Program-made: the position numbers and the translations under genes
In this document: one piece after another, positions 1 to 10,058 of the stretch
Layout: each line of letters begins with the position of its first letter
How positions within the stretch are numbered: the first letter of the stretch is position 1
Notes under the pieces: generated by a model
The model's database searches: none
The model's input: only the letters and a program-made list of their open reading frames with translations
What the model was told of the DNA's origin: nothing
Virus genome (UHGV): UHGV-0277313
Length of the DNA: 64,000 nucleotides
Origin: a virus
Reading direction: 5' to 3' (one strand)

Positions 1-258
1 AGACTCCACAAACATCAACGCCACTGTAAAACTTTCAACAAAATCCGTTGTTGCTTCTGTTTCCATTCCATTGTAAAGAATATGTTTAGATTCTACATCA
101 CAAACGAAAGTAAATGACTTTTTGCCTTTTAAGGTCTCTTTTTTCAATTGTTTCAATGTAACACTATCATTAAAATCAAATTGTAAATGTCCTTTAGCAA
201 GTGAATTTAAATCACTACCATCTTTTATCATTTCGTTTATGATGTTGTACAAATTCAT
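1..258 (-). CDS. hypothetical protein, 5' part only (ATG at 258, runs off window start)
   Basis: Minus-strand reading frame starting ATG at 256-258 (MNLYNIINEMIKDGSDL...), open to coordinate 1; protein-like composition. Confidence 0.4.
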   Translation of the reverse strand, partial: MNLYNIINEMIKDGSDLNSLAKGHLQFDFNDSVTLKQLKKETLKGKKSFTFVCDVESKHILYNGMETEATTDFVESFTVALMFVES

Positions 259-273
259 TGTAATCTCAACTTA

Positions 274-3200
274 TTAATTACTTTTCTTCGGAAGGCGTTT
301 TATCCGATATTTAGGAGCTTCAGATTTATTATCAAAAACTGCCAATGAATACATATTTGCATTACTCTTAATTACTTCTTTAGATTTACCCTGATTTGCT
401 TTAAAGTAATTCAAAAGAGTATTTTCAATTTTGTCAACATTCAAATTTAATAACAAATCTTTTTGACTGCCAACACGATTAAGAACAGCATTAACAAAAA
501 GTTTGAGCTGATATTTTTTATCATCATCTAAATTCTCTTTAACAAACTGTTCCCAAAATTCCATAGTTTCGACTTTATTTACCTTTAATCCTTTAACAAA
601 ATCATCAGAATATGTTGCTCTTCCGGAATTTGATGACAGATTATCTGTTTTATGTATTGAAGATAAACTATAAAGATTTTGTGATTCAGCTGTTTTATTC
701 AAACCGTCAACATTTATAATGTATTCAATAGATTTTGAAAACGTTTCACGATCATCTTTCATAATGATATTAATCAAGTTTTCAATCTGATCTTTTTTGA
801 AACTTGTTAAGACATTTAAAATCTCTTTTTTATCTGTCTTTTTGCATTTCTCAATGAAATTAACAATAATTTCTTTTTGTCCATCTATTAAATCAAAATT
901 TCTCACCCAAGCGTTAATGTTTTCAGGACTGTTCTGATTTGTATCAAAGACAAAAGGATTGCTTTCTTTTTTCAAATTATCAGGTTGTTCTTTTTTGAAA
1001 GCATCAAACATTGATAATTTCCATGTTGAATAAATATTCTTCAAGAACATATTCGTAATCTCATCAAGACCTTCGTCTTTGAGTACTTCACTATCTGCAT
1101 CAACCGCTTCTAAATCTTTTTTGGAAGGGTTGATTCTCTTGATTTCATCATTGATATATTCTTTTAACTTCTTTTGTATTGTCTTGTAATTATCATACAG
1201 GTTTGTCATTTCATCGAATTTAGCAAGCAACCAAATATATTTATCACCAAGAAGATCACTACTATCAATGATGTTTTTCATCGCGTTAATTTTTTCTTCT
1301 TTTGTGCCAGAAATTTTACCTGAAACAATTTTAATATCGTTAACAAGTTTTTCTCCTAATTTACTGTTTTTATTTTTCACTAACTTGCTTAAGTCATCAG
1401 TGAAGACATCTAGACTCCCAACGATATCAGACATTCTTGATTTATAGTATGTGCTCAAATCACGCAAACTATAATTTTCAGTACTTATTCTATTATACAA
1501 CGAAGCTATTTTTGTTGTTTTATAACCAGAATAATTCAATATTAGCTGTTTTATTGCTTTTACAAAACATTCTTTAAACTTTTCATTTGAATCAGATCCT
1601 TCAAAACTTTCGCGCTCTTTTTCTAAATCAAAGCCAAAACCTTTGGCAATCGTGTCTCGCATTTGCCAAATTTCATCATCTGACAACTCTTTATAAAGCA
1701 AAGTGTTTAAGAATGAATAATTATAGGAATCTTTTAATTTATCGAACTGTTTCAAAAATGAATCCACAGAATCTCTAGTTGACGCTGCTGCCTTAAAGGC
1801 TGATGAAGTTTTTATCATTCCTTTATTATCTTCATAGCTTAATTGATTATAATCAGCATAAACATCTTTCATATCACTAAACGTATTTGATTCTGTATCA
1901 TTTTTAATGTCTGTAAATATTTCAGAAAATGCATTAGCAACGCCTCTTGCGCTCCCAGAATATTTTAATGCAGAAAACAGAATTGATTTTGTTGTAAAGT
2001 CAAAAGGAATATCAGCAACCTTTGTTGCAAACTCTTTTAATCTAACAGTAAGTTTTACACCTTGAGTCAATCGCTGTTGACTTTTAGCCAACTCTCTTAA
2101 TTCTTTATATTCATCCTCCATAATCTTTGGATAAATATCAAAATTAATATATTGACACAATCTATTCCATTTTTCTTCTTGTTCGAAATTAACGTTCGAC
2201 TCATCAGAATGGCCAGAATACAACTTCACGTATTCATTGATATTCTTTGTCTTGAACTCATTTTGACCTGTTTCTTCATCTTGCGTTTTTTGATTTAAAT
2301 GGTATCTCGAATCTTTAAATTTTTCATGCATTTCTTGAAGGATTTCCTGACAATCTTCTAACTTATCCTTCAAAATTAATAAATCATAAAGATCCGCTGT
2401 TGCTGGTAATAAAGATTCTGGTAATTTGAAATATGTATTCAAACGATTTAAAATGCTATTATACTTCATTACACCAAAAGCATAAGGTGCCAAATTATTA
2501 ACGATACTATTACCATTAACCTTTTCCCAGAAACCACCAACATAACACCCATTTTCTAAACCAAAACGAACAACGTTTGCAATGTCTAGATATAGACAAT
2601 GATCACCTTGTTCATAGCTTTTTTTGATTGATTCTAATTCTACCTTTTTATCATCACAGAATTCATCAACAGGTTTAAAATCAATATTGTCATTATCATC
2701 ATATGAACAAACAACCAATTCTTCGCCAGAATCAGTTTCTTTATAAAACACTTCATTAATAAAGTTCACATGTTTTTTAGCAATAACTTTTTGACCATTG
2801 AATTTGGTATAAAACCTTATTGAACCATTTTCAGTCTTTTCTACATACAATTTTGCTGCTGGATTAATTGACTTGTTTTTATCAATTTCATCAACAATTT
2901 TGTCAATAACTGAAGGAACATCAGCCTGTATTCTTTCAAGTATTTCACTTCTTGATGTTAACACGCTTGTCAATTGTGATCTGACAATGCTATCACCTTC
3001 GGGAATATTATTTAAGACTGAATCTGACACTGTTTTTGCAATAAAGTTATCCAAGAATTTAAATTCAACAGTATCACCAATATCAACACCATTATTAACA
3101 ACAATGCCTTGATAGCCTTGAGTTGTTACTATTTTTTCACCAGCGTTTTCAATGATTTGAAGTCTATCTAAATAATATTTTAACTTCACATTTAAAGGAA

Positions 3201-5820
3201 TAGCATAATGAACAAAGAATTCGTTTAATGCAAAACCTTCAGCATTTGTTTTCTTAACAGAAGCCCAATTGACACCGTCATTGCACAAAACCTTTTTTAT
3301 CCATTCTTTGTGACTTTCAATCGACAATTTACTTTCATCAATATCATTTTCGATATCCGTTTTAATAAACGAAAATGCAGGAATTGCACGCTCAATTTCA
3401 AGATAACCACGTCTCATATGTGTTTGTTCATCATAATCTGAACGTATACTGTTAATCTTATATTCACGTTCCAACCACTGATAAATTTTCAATGCAGCCT
3501 TATTCTGACGATATTCAGATTCTTTAGGCATACCTGGATATTCTGTTTTCATAGTAATTGCAAAAAGTTGAAACAGATAATAATCTTCATCTATTTTAAC
3601 TTCTGACAAAGCTCCATTTTCAATCAAATAATTAGGTGCTGACACAATCCACTTATAAATGTTCTCTTCTTGATCTTCCCCACCGTGAACTGTATACAAA
3701 CAAAACTTATCAGACAAAGTTAAAGGTTCTTTATCTAAACCTACAGTATCCGAGTTTTTATTTTCATCAACGAAAGTAAAATCACCAAAATAATTATTTG
3801 GTAATTGCCCTTTATTTGTCGCCAGATAGAAACCTTCAAGATCCAAAGTCTTTACATCAAAATCTTTATAATCTTTTGCATTGGCAATATAAACTTTACA
3901 ATTTGCAGGTTCTTTCTTTTCCACTAAATCTTTAAAGTTACAAGAAACATTATTGTTTGTAAATTCCGCTACAACGAATGTGACATTTTCTTTGTTTTCT
4001 AAACCATTAAAATATTCATTACATTTTTCAATATAACTTTTAACATCGTCTGATTTTTTGAATACATAGAAATATGACAAATTATTAATATTGCCAGATT
4101 CAAGAATACCACTTGAGCTATTCTTAACAAAATCAACAGATGTATCATCACAAACAACATAAACAACAGAAAACTTCTGCGCATGCTCATTTGTTGCTAC
4201 AGGAATTTTATACATATTCTCTGTTGATTGTATTCTACCATCATCACCAACTTTAACAGGTTTGTTAAAAATTGATGCATTTGGTATTTGCCTTCTATAC
4301 TGGTATACAGTCTTTGGTTGAGCCAGTGATAAAGTTCTCACCATACTGTATTTCTTATTTTTTAAATTACCAGCTGATAACATTTTTTCATCAAGTTTAA
4401 CGACATCACCGTTTTCATCAACAAAACTAAAAAAGTAAGTCAAGTAAAAAGGTATGTTATCTTCAAACCCAGCAGCACTTTTGGATCGTGATGTCTTTTC
4501 ACCTTGCCCAAACGGATAGTATGTTTTCGCTGCTGAATCAAGCGTTCCAATACCTTTTACATTAAATACTGTTGTTGTATTTAAAATTTTATCGGCATTA
4601 TCTACACCTTTTATAAACGTATCTTTAACAAGATTTCCATAATTGTTAATTTGATCATTTATAAAATCTGTGCGAAGTGTTGGAATTATAACACCAAGAT
4701 CACTTATCTTACCAGCAGATGTTGAACCAATCGATGATTTCGTATCAAAATCTGTTAAGCCAATATCTGCAATCTCGTTTCTTTTAAAAATGTGACCAGA
4801 CTTTGTTTTTATAAATTCAAATTTTGATGTTTCTTTAATATAGTCGTCAATTTTTTCTTCTAATTCTTCATCACTAGGAATTCTGTTTTCATTATCAGAA
4901 TCACCTATCATTAAATCATCAATGTTGCCTTCAGGGATCTGATCTAATTTAACAGTTCCGTCAATGTAATCTTCTACAACAGCTACAGATTCTGAAATGG
5001 AAGATGTTCCTTTTTCATTTCTCACATCAACAATACCTGAATCATTACGATCAGAAGGTTGTTCAATTTGGGCAACATCTTCAATATTTACCAACTCACC
5101 ACGTTCATTACGAACTTCTACTTTTATAACATCAATATTATCTGATGATACAATATCTTTAGTGTTTATTGATTCAACTTCAATGCCAACAAATTTAAAA
5201 AACTCATGACTTTCTTTTGCAGCACGAATTTGTTCTTTTGTCCAATCTGCAAAATCAGCGACCCACCAATCTTTTGGATTGTTATAAAAATATTTGAAAG
5301 ACTTCCAAATTTCTTCTGGAACAACTTTATAAAAATAGTGAAAATCTTCATTGACACCTAAAGTTGGATCAAAGATGTCTCCGTCTTTATCAACAAAGAA
5401 GCCGTGAGGAATTAAATCAATATAAACAGGGGCAAAATCATTTTCGATATCTTTATTGACTTTATCTAAATCATCTTTATGAACAATAAAGCCAACAGCT
5501 AATTGCAAATTTTTTGGTTCATACTTTTTTGCATAATCAATAGTGTTAAGCCAACAACCATGTTTAATTGACAAATAATTAGAAATTGACGTTTGTACAA
5601 CTGAACCAAATTTATGTCCGTTCAAAATAGCAAAATCAAAGAAACCGGGCATTATATTATCTTCAAATTTATTTGCTAATTGAATATCTGATAAACCATC
5701 ATCTTTGAAAGTATCTTTATATTTAAGATACATTTCTTTAAATGTATTGATTACAAAATCTTTTTGTGTTTTATCTTCAGCTTCTTTAGATTCAAAGACT
5801 CTATTCATTTCTTTTGACAT
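274..5820 (-). CDS. giant hypothetical protein (1848 aa), possibly virion-associated
   Basis: Uninterrupted 5.5-kb ORF; only short antisense ORFs overlap it; no catalytic motif recognised. Confidence 0.6.
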   Translation of the reverse strand: MSKEMNRVFESKEAEDKTQKDFVINTFKEMYLKYKDTFKDDGLSDIQLANKFEDNIMPGFFDFAILNGHKFGSVVQTSISNYLSIKHGCWLNTIDYAKKYEPKNLQLAVGFIVHKDDLDKVNKDIENDFAPVYIDLIPHGFFVDKDGDIFDPTLGVNEDFHYFYKVVPEEIWKSFKYFYNNPKDWWVADFADWTKEQIRAAKESHEFFKFVGIEVESINTKDIVSSDNIDVIKVEVRNERGELVNIEDVAQIEQPSDRNDSGIVDVRNEKGTSSISESVAVVEDYIDGTVKLDQIPEGNIDDLMIGDSDNENRIPSDEELEEKIDDYIKETSKFEFIKTKSGHIFKRNEIADIGLTDFDTKSSIGSTSAGKISDLGVIIPTLRTDFINDQINNYGNLVKDTFIKGVDNADKILNTTTVFNVKGIGTLDSAAKTYYPFGQGEKTSRSKSAAGFEDNIPFYLTYFFSFVDENGDVVKLDEKMLSAGNLKNKKYSMVRTLSLAQPKTVYQYRRQIPNASIFNKPVKVGDDGRIQSTENMYKIPVATNEHAQKFSVVYVVCDDTSVDFVKNSSSGILESGNINNLSYFYVFKKSDDVKSYIEKCNEYFNGLENKENVTFVVAEFTNNNVSCNFKDLVEKKEPANCKVYIANAKDYKDFDVKTLDLEGFYLATNKGQLPNNYFGDFTFVDENKNSDTVGLDKEPLTLSDKFCLYTVHGGEDQEENIYKWIVSAPNYLIENGALSEVKIDEDYYLFQLFAITMKTEYPGMPKESEYRQNKAALKIYQWLEREYKINSIRSDYDEQTHMRRGYLEIERAIPAFSFIKTDIENDIDESKLSIESHKEWIKKVLCNDGVNWASVKKTNAEGFALNEFFVHYAIPLNVKLKYYLDRLQIIENAGEKIVTTQGYQGIVVNNGVDIGDTVEFKFLDNFIAKTVSDSVLNNIPEGDSIVRSQLTSVLTSRSEILERIQADVPSVIDKIVDEIDKNKSINPAAKLYVEKTENGSIRFYTKFNGQKVIAKKHVNFINEVFYKETDSGEELVVCSYDDNDNIDFKPVDEFCDDKKVELESIKKSYEQGDHCLYLDIANVVRFGLENGCYVGGFWEKVNGNSIVNNLAPYAFGVMKYNSILNRLNTYFKLPESLLPATADLYDLLILKDKLEDCQEILQEMHEKFKDSRYHLNQKTQDEETGQNEFKTKNINEYVKLYSGHSDESNVNFEQEEKWNRLCQYINFDIYPKIMEDEYKELRELAKSQQRLTQGVKLTVRLKEFATKVADIPFDFTTKSILFSALKYSGSARGVANAFSEIFTDIKNDTESNTFSDMKDVYADYNQLSYEDNKGMIKTSSAFKAAASTRDSVDSFLKQFDKLKDSYNYSFLNTLLYKELSDDEIWQMRDTIAKGFGFDLEKERESFEGSDSNEKFKECFVKAIKQLILNYSGYKTTKIASLYNRISTENYSLRDLSTYYKSRMSDIVGSLDVFTDDLSKLVKNKNSKLGEKLVNDIKIVSGKISGTKEEKINAMKNIIDSSDLLGDKYIWLLAKFDEMTNLYDNYKTIQKKLKEYINDEIKRINPSKKDLEAVDADSEVLKDEGLDEITNMFLKNIYSTWKLSMFDAFKKEQPDNLKKESNPFVFDTNQNSPENINAWVRNFDLIDGQKEIIVNFIEKCKKTDKKEILNVLTSFKKDQIENLINIIMKDDRETFSKSIEYIINVDGLNKTAESQNLYSLSSIHKTDNLSSNSGRATYSDDFVKGLKVNKVETMEFWEQFVKENLDDDKKYQLKLFVNAVLNRVGSQKDLLLNLNVDKIENTLLNYFKANQGKSKEVIKSNANMYSLAVFDNKSEAPKYRIKRLPKKSN

Positions 5821-5869
5821 TACAATGCTACTTTCTTGATTTAAACTAAATTTTTAATGAAAATGTATT

Positions 5870-7588
5870 TTACATAATTTCATCTTCATCAGGTTTAACA
5901 CTGGATGCAACAACTAAATTTGTATAAGGCTCTTCAGAGGTTGAACCGTCTATATAGTTGATTTCAACTTTCATAGGTTCACCTTCGACAGTTTCACCAA
6001 CAACGCCAACTTCATAATCTATTTTGTTTTCATCTGAATCTTCATCACTGGCAACAGAATCAGAATTAGATTCATCACTAACAAGTGTGTCACCCAAAGA
6101 ATCACCGACATCATTAGACAGAGCGGAATCAAGATTAAAACTATCGGTAACAGAAGAGTCATTATCAAGTCCTTCAATACCGACATCTTCACCATCTTCT
6201 TTTAAATCTTTATTTAAACCCATAACTTTATTGTATTGATCTTCAATACCCATTTCGCGTAAGATTGCTGCCCGAAGATCGTCATTAACTTTAATAACAT
6301 CTTTTTCTTTCTTTTTGGGCTGCTTTTTCATAGGAGCTAAAACTTTACCTTCAATCCCATGAATATCTTTAGAAGTCATACCAGCTGTGAATACACAACG
6401 ACTTGCATCTAAACAACCATCGCTGACAGTGGCGGCAGGAGTAACAGCAGCAACTACATCTAAACCGCCAATACCTGCACAATCACATTCCTTGAACAAT
6501 TTTTCTGTTTTATTTAACTGAATCTGTTCAGCTACCATATTTTTAACAACTTTATTAATATCCATACCGTTCATTAAAGCAAAAACTGCTTTATCCATAG
6601 GTGTGGATTCATGTAAAGGTGTACGGTGTGTAATATAAACATTTTCTGAAAGTAACCGTCCCATAACAAAATCGTCTTTTAAGATTTCATCTGTTTTATC
6701 ACCTTGAATTTCGAAATAGAACAGGCCTTTATTTACATCTTCTTTAATTTCTGAAACTTTCCAATTTCTGGCTGTTGCTTCAGGGTGAACATGAAACATT
6801 GTATTAGACAAATCATTCAAATCGGTTGATTCAAAAACAACGATATGCGAATCAATTAAATCATCAACCGAAAAACATTCTTGAATTGTATCAATTTCTT
6901 GAACTTCATTAGGATCGCGTGAAATAACTGACATTGTTTGAGGTGTCTTTAATGCAGTCTTTAAAGATTCTAAATCTAATTCAATACCACTATTACCAAA
7001 AACTAACACAACAGAATTTGCAAAAGAATCTTCGTCTTTTGGTGAAATAACCATTGGAAAATATTTTCCATCTTCTGTTGCAAAAGCAATCTGCCGATCG
7101 TCAGACTCTTTAAATGTACGAACAACAACTTTCTTTAAAAGATGTGTTGATTCTTTCATAACTAACATCAAATTGATTAATGAAGATTTCTTCATATCTC
7201 CTAATAAACATTCACCTAAAGGAATTTTAATACCTGGTAAAAATTTAATACCTTCTTGCATGTCACGAGGGTAAATCGTTAATTCTAATTCACCATCAAT
7301 ACCTTTACGTAATCTCAAAAATTCAAGTAAACTGAAAGGTGACATGTGTGACATATCGGCATTGTTTGCGTTAACCTTTTCAAGAGGATAGTTCGCCATA
7401 AAACGAGGAGCAAAAATTCGTGCGCCATTAACTTCTAAAAATGTGCAAACATGAATTTCATCGCCTTCAATTAGTAAATCACCTTTTTCTTTACTAATAA
7501 CTTTAAAGGTTTGTGACGGATCATCATAAGAAACTAAAACATTAACGCCGGAAATTGATTCGGTTACAAGTTTATTCAATTTAATCAT
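5870..7588 (-). CDS. hypothetical protein with D/E/S-rich acidic C-terminus
   Basis: 572-aa ORF, low-complexity acidic tail (DSSVTDSFNLDSALSNDVGDSLGD...). Confidence 0.55.
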   Translation of the reverse strand: MIKLNKLVTESISGVNVLVSYDDPSQTFKVISKEKGDLLIEGDEIHVCTFLEVNGARIFAPRFMANYPLEKVNANNADMSHMSPFSLLEFLRLRKGIDGELELTIYPRDMQEGIKFLPGIKIPLGECLLGDMKKSSLINLMLVMKESTHLLKKVVVRTFKESDDRQIAFATEDGKYFPMVISPKDEDSFANSVVLVFGNSGIELDLESLKTALKTPQTMSVISRDPNEVQEIDTIQECFSVDDLIDSHIVVFESTDLNDLSNTMFHVHPEATARNWKVSEIKEDVNKGLFYFEIQGDKTDEILKDDFVMGRLLSENVYITHRTPLHESTPMDKAVFALMNGMDINKVVKNMVAEQIQLNKTEKLFKECDCAGIGGLDVVAAVTPAATVSDGCLDASRCVFTAGMTSKDIHGIEGKVLAPMKKQPKKKEKDVIKVNDDLRAAILREMGIEDQYNKVMGLNKDLKEDGEDVGIEGLDNDSSVTDSFNLDSALSNDVGDSLGDTLVSDESNSDSVASDEDSDENKIDYEVGVVGETVEGEPMKVEINYIDGSTSEEPYTNLVVASSVKPDEDEIM

Positions 7589-7644
7589 TTAAAAAGTCTT
7601 CCACGACAGCTCGAATAGATTAAAAACACACTACAAAAAAGAAC

Positions 7645-7683
7645 AACGCCGTGTGTTTTAAAAAACACACGGCGTTATTTTTA
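7645..7683 (-). terminator. rho-independent terminator (palindromic, usable on both strands)
   Basis: AACGCCGTGTG-loop-CACACGGCGTT stem flanked by A-run upstream and T-run downstream; sits just after stop of ORF 7699..8430. Confidence 0.6.
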
Positions 7684-7698
7684 TATCAACAATAAAGA

Positions 7699-8430
7699 TT
7701 ATGACCAACTATCAATCGCGTTCTTCGCTTCCTGTTTGACAGAATCATCAATCAAATCATCGTCTTCAACAGGTTGCGCTTCGGGCAGTTCACCTTCCGC
7801 TTCAGCAGAATCTTTATTTTCTTCAGGAACTGCAGGTGTCGCAACACGATCATTTGGCTGTTCTTCACGAATTTTATTCGCTAGAGCAGAACGCAAAGAG
7901 TCTTTATCATCTGCATCAACTCCAACAAATGAAGTCAAAGCTTTCAAAGGATCATGTTCTGTACCAAAATCATAGCTACGACCAACATATTCATTTACCA
8001 TTGAATTGTAAATGCTATTGAATTCCTGTAAATCATCTGATGAGAAAACATAAGAAGAATCTTCTTCTTCATTTTCCTCTTCAGGATTTTTTGTATTCGT
8101 CAGTTCAATAGCATATTCAGGAGCAACCCAAGGTTTACCATCAACTATTGAAGCTGATAAAACACAAAACGCGCCATCCTCTAACTCTTTATAAAGGATG
8201 ACATCATCACGAGTGACACCGTTATCATCAACAACAATATCACCACTCATTTCCCAACCTTCAGGTAAGGCTGGTTTAACCAAAGTGTTCATAAACGCTT
8301 CAAAATCTGCAGCATTTTTAAACACTGATTCATATAAGCTTTCAGATTCACCATAAACACTTTCAATGAAGGCTTTACGGCATTCAGCTGTCGCTTTTCT
8401 TGATTCATAAAGGATCATAATATTCTCCAA
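7699..8430 (-). CDS. hypothetical acidic protein
   Basis: 243-aa ORF, acidic C-terminal half. Confidence 0.5.
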   Translation of the reverse strand: MENIMILYESRKATAECRKAFIESVYGESESLYESVFKNAADFEAFMNTLVKPALPEGWEMSGDIVVDDNGVTRDDVILYKELEDGAFCVLSASIVDGKPWVAPEYAIELTNTKNPEEENEEEDSSYVFSSDDLQEFNSIYNSMVNEYVGRSYDFGTEHDPLKALTSFVGVDADDKDSLRSALANKIREEQPNDRVATPAVPEENKDSAEAEGELPEAQPVEDDDLIDDSVKQEAKNAIDSWS

Positions 8431-8435
8431 TTACA

Positions 8436-9200
8436 TTAAATTAAAGATTCACCATCGCAATAAGCAAATGCTGGACGATCACAACCATCAAACATCAAAC
8501 GTAAATTATTTCGAGGAGTTAAGATAATCTTAACAATCTCGCCATTTGAGCCTTCAGGTCTATTATGACGAAAATCGGAACAACACTTCTTAAAAGCTTT
8601 TTTTAAATTGGCATTGATAGGATTTGCACACAAAGCTTCACATTCAGCTAAAGTGATTTCTTTTCCATCAATGTCTGAACATTCTTCTTTTGGTTCAGGT
8701 GCAGATTCTAAAGAAACATCAACATCTTCAATAGAATTTGCTAATTGATCGGCCTGTGCAAAAGAATCTTGTGCATCTGCCATAAGATTATCCATTTCAG
8801 AAAAATCAACAGCGTTATCACTATCATCTTCCTTTAATGAACCATCAGTTTCTTGAGCGGCAACGACAGGTGCAGCAGGTTCTGGTTTCAAACCAATCTG
8901 CTGATCTGCCAATAACGCACCTTGCATATACACAAAGTTTGTTAAATCAACAACGCCATTAATAATCTCTGCTAGCGGCGTCAAATCACTAAACCCAGCT
9001 GCAGACCACGTATCACGCAAATGTTCCATATCAATTCTAATTTGCGCTAAAGAATGAATAACGCTGTCAATTTCATGAGGAATTTCAGACATCTTTGCTT
9101 CTTTTAAAGCAACAAGAGCCTGTTTGCTTTCCGCAAGCTTTTTCTTCTTTTCAGCCTTTTTAACAACTGATTCGAAGAGGGTATCAAGATAATTGACCAT
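8436..9200 (-). CDS. hypothetical protein with Cys-rich C-terminus
   Basis: 254-aa ORF; C-terminal CEALC...CCSDF...CDRPAFAYCDGE. Confidence 0.5.
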   Translation of the reverse strand: MVNYLDTLFESVVKKAEKKKKLAESKQALVALKEAKMSEIPHEIDSVIHSLAQIRIDMEHLRDTWSAAGFSDLTPLAEIINGVVDLTNFVYMQGALLADQQIGLKPEPAAPVVAAQETDGSLKEDDSDNAVDFSEMDNLMADAQDSFAQADQLANSIEDVDVSLESAPEPKEECSDIDGKEITLAECEALCANPINANLKKAFKKCCSDFRHNRPEGSNGEIVKIILTPRNNLRLMFDGCDRPAFAYCDGESLI

Positions 9201-9277
9201 TACTTTCTCCGCAATATTTAAAGCAGTTCAAAAAATAGAACGAAAAAATTTAAAAACCTTTTAAAAAACAGTTTAAA

Positions 9278-9670
9278 TCATTTCGTTGATAATTCTGTTG
9301 AAATTAATAAAGCAATAGGCGTTATATTTTGAATAATTCCAGTATATACATCCATTAAAGCTGCACCGCCAATATTTTCAACTTCGGATGCATTTTTAGG
9401 CATCTGTTCATAAAATGAATAAAAAGAATTTAACATACTTAAAGCTTGAGGAGATAAAACAACCACTTTATCTTCCAACGCTTTAACTAACGAATTGTTA
9501 AAACGAATTGAGGCTGTTACAGCTTCAGTCATTTTATTCATCAATTCACTTGTATAGTCGTATGGTTTACAGTTGCTTGAATATTGAAAATAATCATACA
9601 ATAATTCTAAAGCTTCTTCACTTTTAGCAAGTAATGCTTCTTCTTTTTCATTCAAAGGCATTTTCATCAT
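9278..9670 (-). CDS. hypothetical protein
   Basis: 130-aa ORF. Confidence 0.45.
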   Translation of the reverse strand: MMKMPLNEKEEALLAKSEEALELLYDYFQYSSNCKPYDYTSELMNKMTEAVTASIRFNNSLVKALEDKVVVLSPQALSMLNSFYSFYEQMPKNASEVENIGGAALMDVYTGIIQNITPIALLISTELSTK

Positions 9671-9977
9671 CCACTTCTAGTTTTTCTTTGATTTTGTTAA
9701 GGTTGCCATCATTATAAAAGTTTAATAAAATTTTGCCTAAAAAAGGAATATAATCTTTTTTAAGTAAAATATCTTCAGTCGTATAATAATTGTTTTTTCG
9801 AATAACTTTTGTAATTTTCAAACTATCACCAACTACAGACAAAATAACTTTAGATTTATTTGCATCTGTAAATGAAATTCCTTCTGGAATAGTAACCTTG
9901 TTAACAGCTTCTGTTTTGACATCTTCTTGAAGCTCAACTTGTCTTTTCAAAACATCCTTAAATATACTCATTAGCAT
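9648..9977 (-). CDS. hypothetical protein
   Basis: 109-aa ORF overlapping next gene by 23 nt. Confidence 0.45.
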   Translation of the reverse strand: MLMSIFKDVLKRQVELQEDVKTEAVNKVTIPEGISFTDANKSKVILSVVGDSLKITKVIRKNNYYTTEDILLKKDYIPFLGKILLNFYNDGNLNKIKEKLEVDDENAFE

Positions 9978-9995
9978 CCTTTAGACAATTTAGGT

Positions 9996-10032
9996 TTAAT
10001 TTTAGAACAAAACAATAATGTTCTAAAATTAA
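9996..10032. promoter_or_regulatory. perfect 14-bp inverted repeat (TTAATTTTAGAACA n9 TGTTCTAAAATTAA) in divergent intergenic region; candidate operator
   Basis: Read directly; located between divergently transcribed ORFs 9648..9977(-) and 10059..12392(+), 27-63 bp upstream of the + gene ATG. Confidence 0.5.
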
Positions 10033-10058
10033 GTTTTTGTCAACAGGAATTATATATA

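Noticed and set aside
1587-5357. Short ORFs 1587..1778(+), 2873..3112(+), 3999..4190(-), 4997..5209(+), 5166..5357(-) inside the giant ORF
   Set aside because: Antisense or alternate-frame to an uninterrupted 5.5-kb ORF; low-complexity translations; no start context.
5870-7588. RNA/DNA ligase call for ORF 5870..7588 based on KGIDG
   Set aside because: Spacing is KxxDG not KxDG and no other ligase motifs are present.
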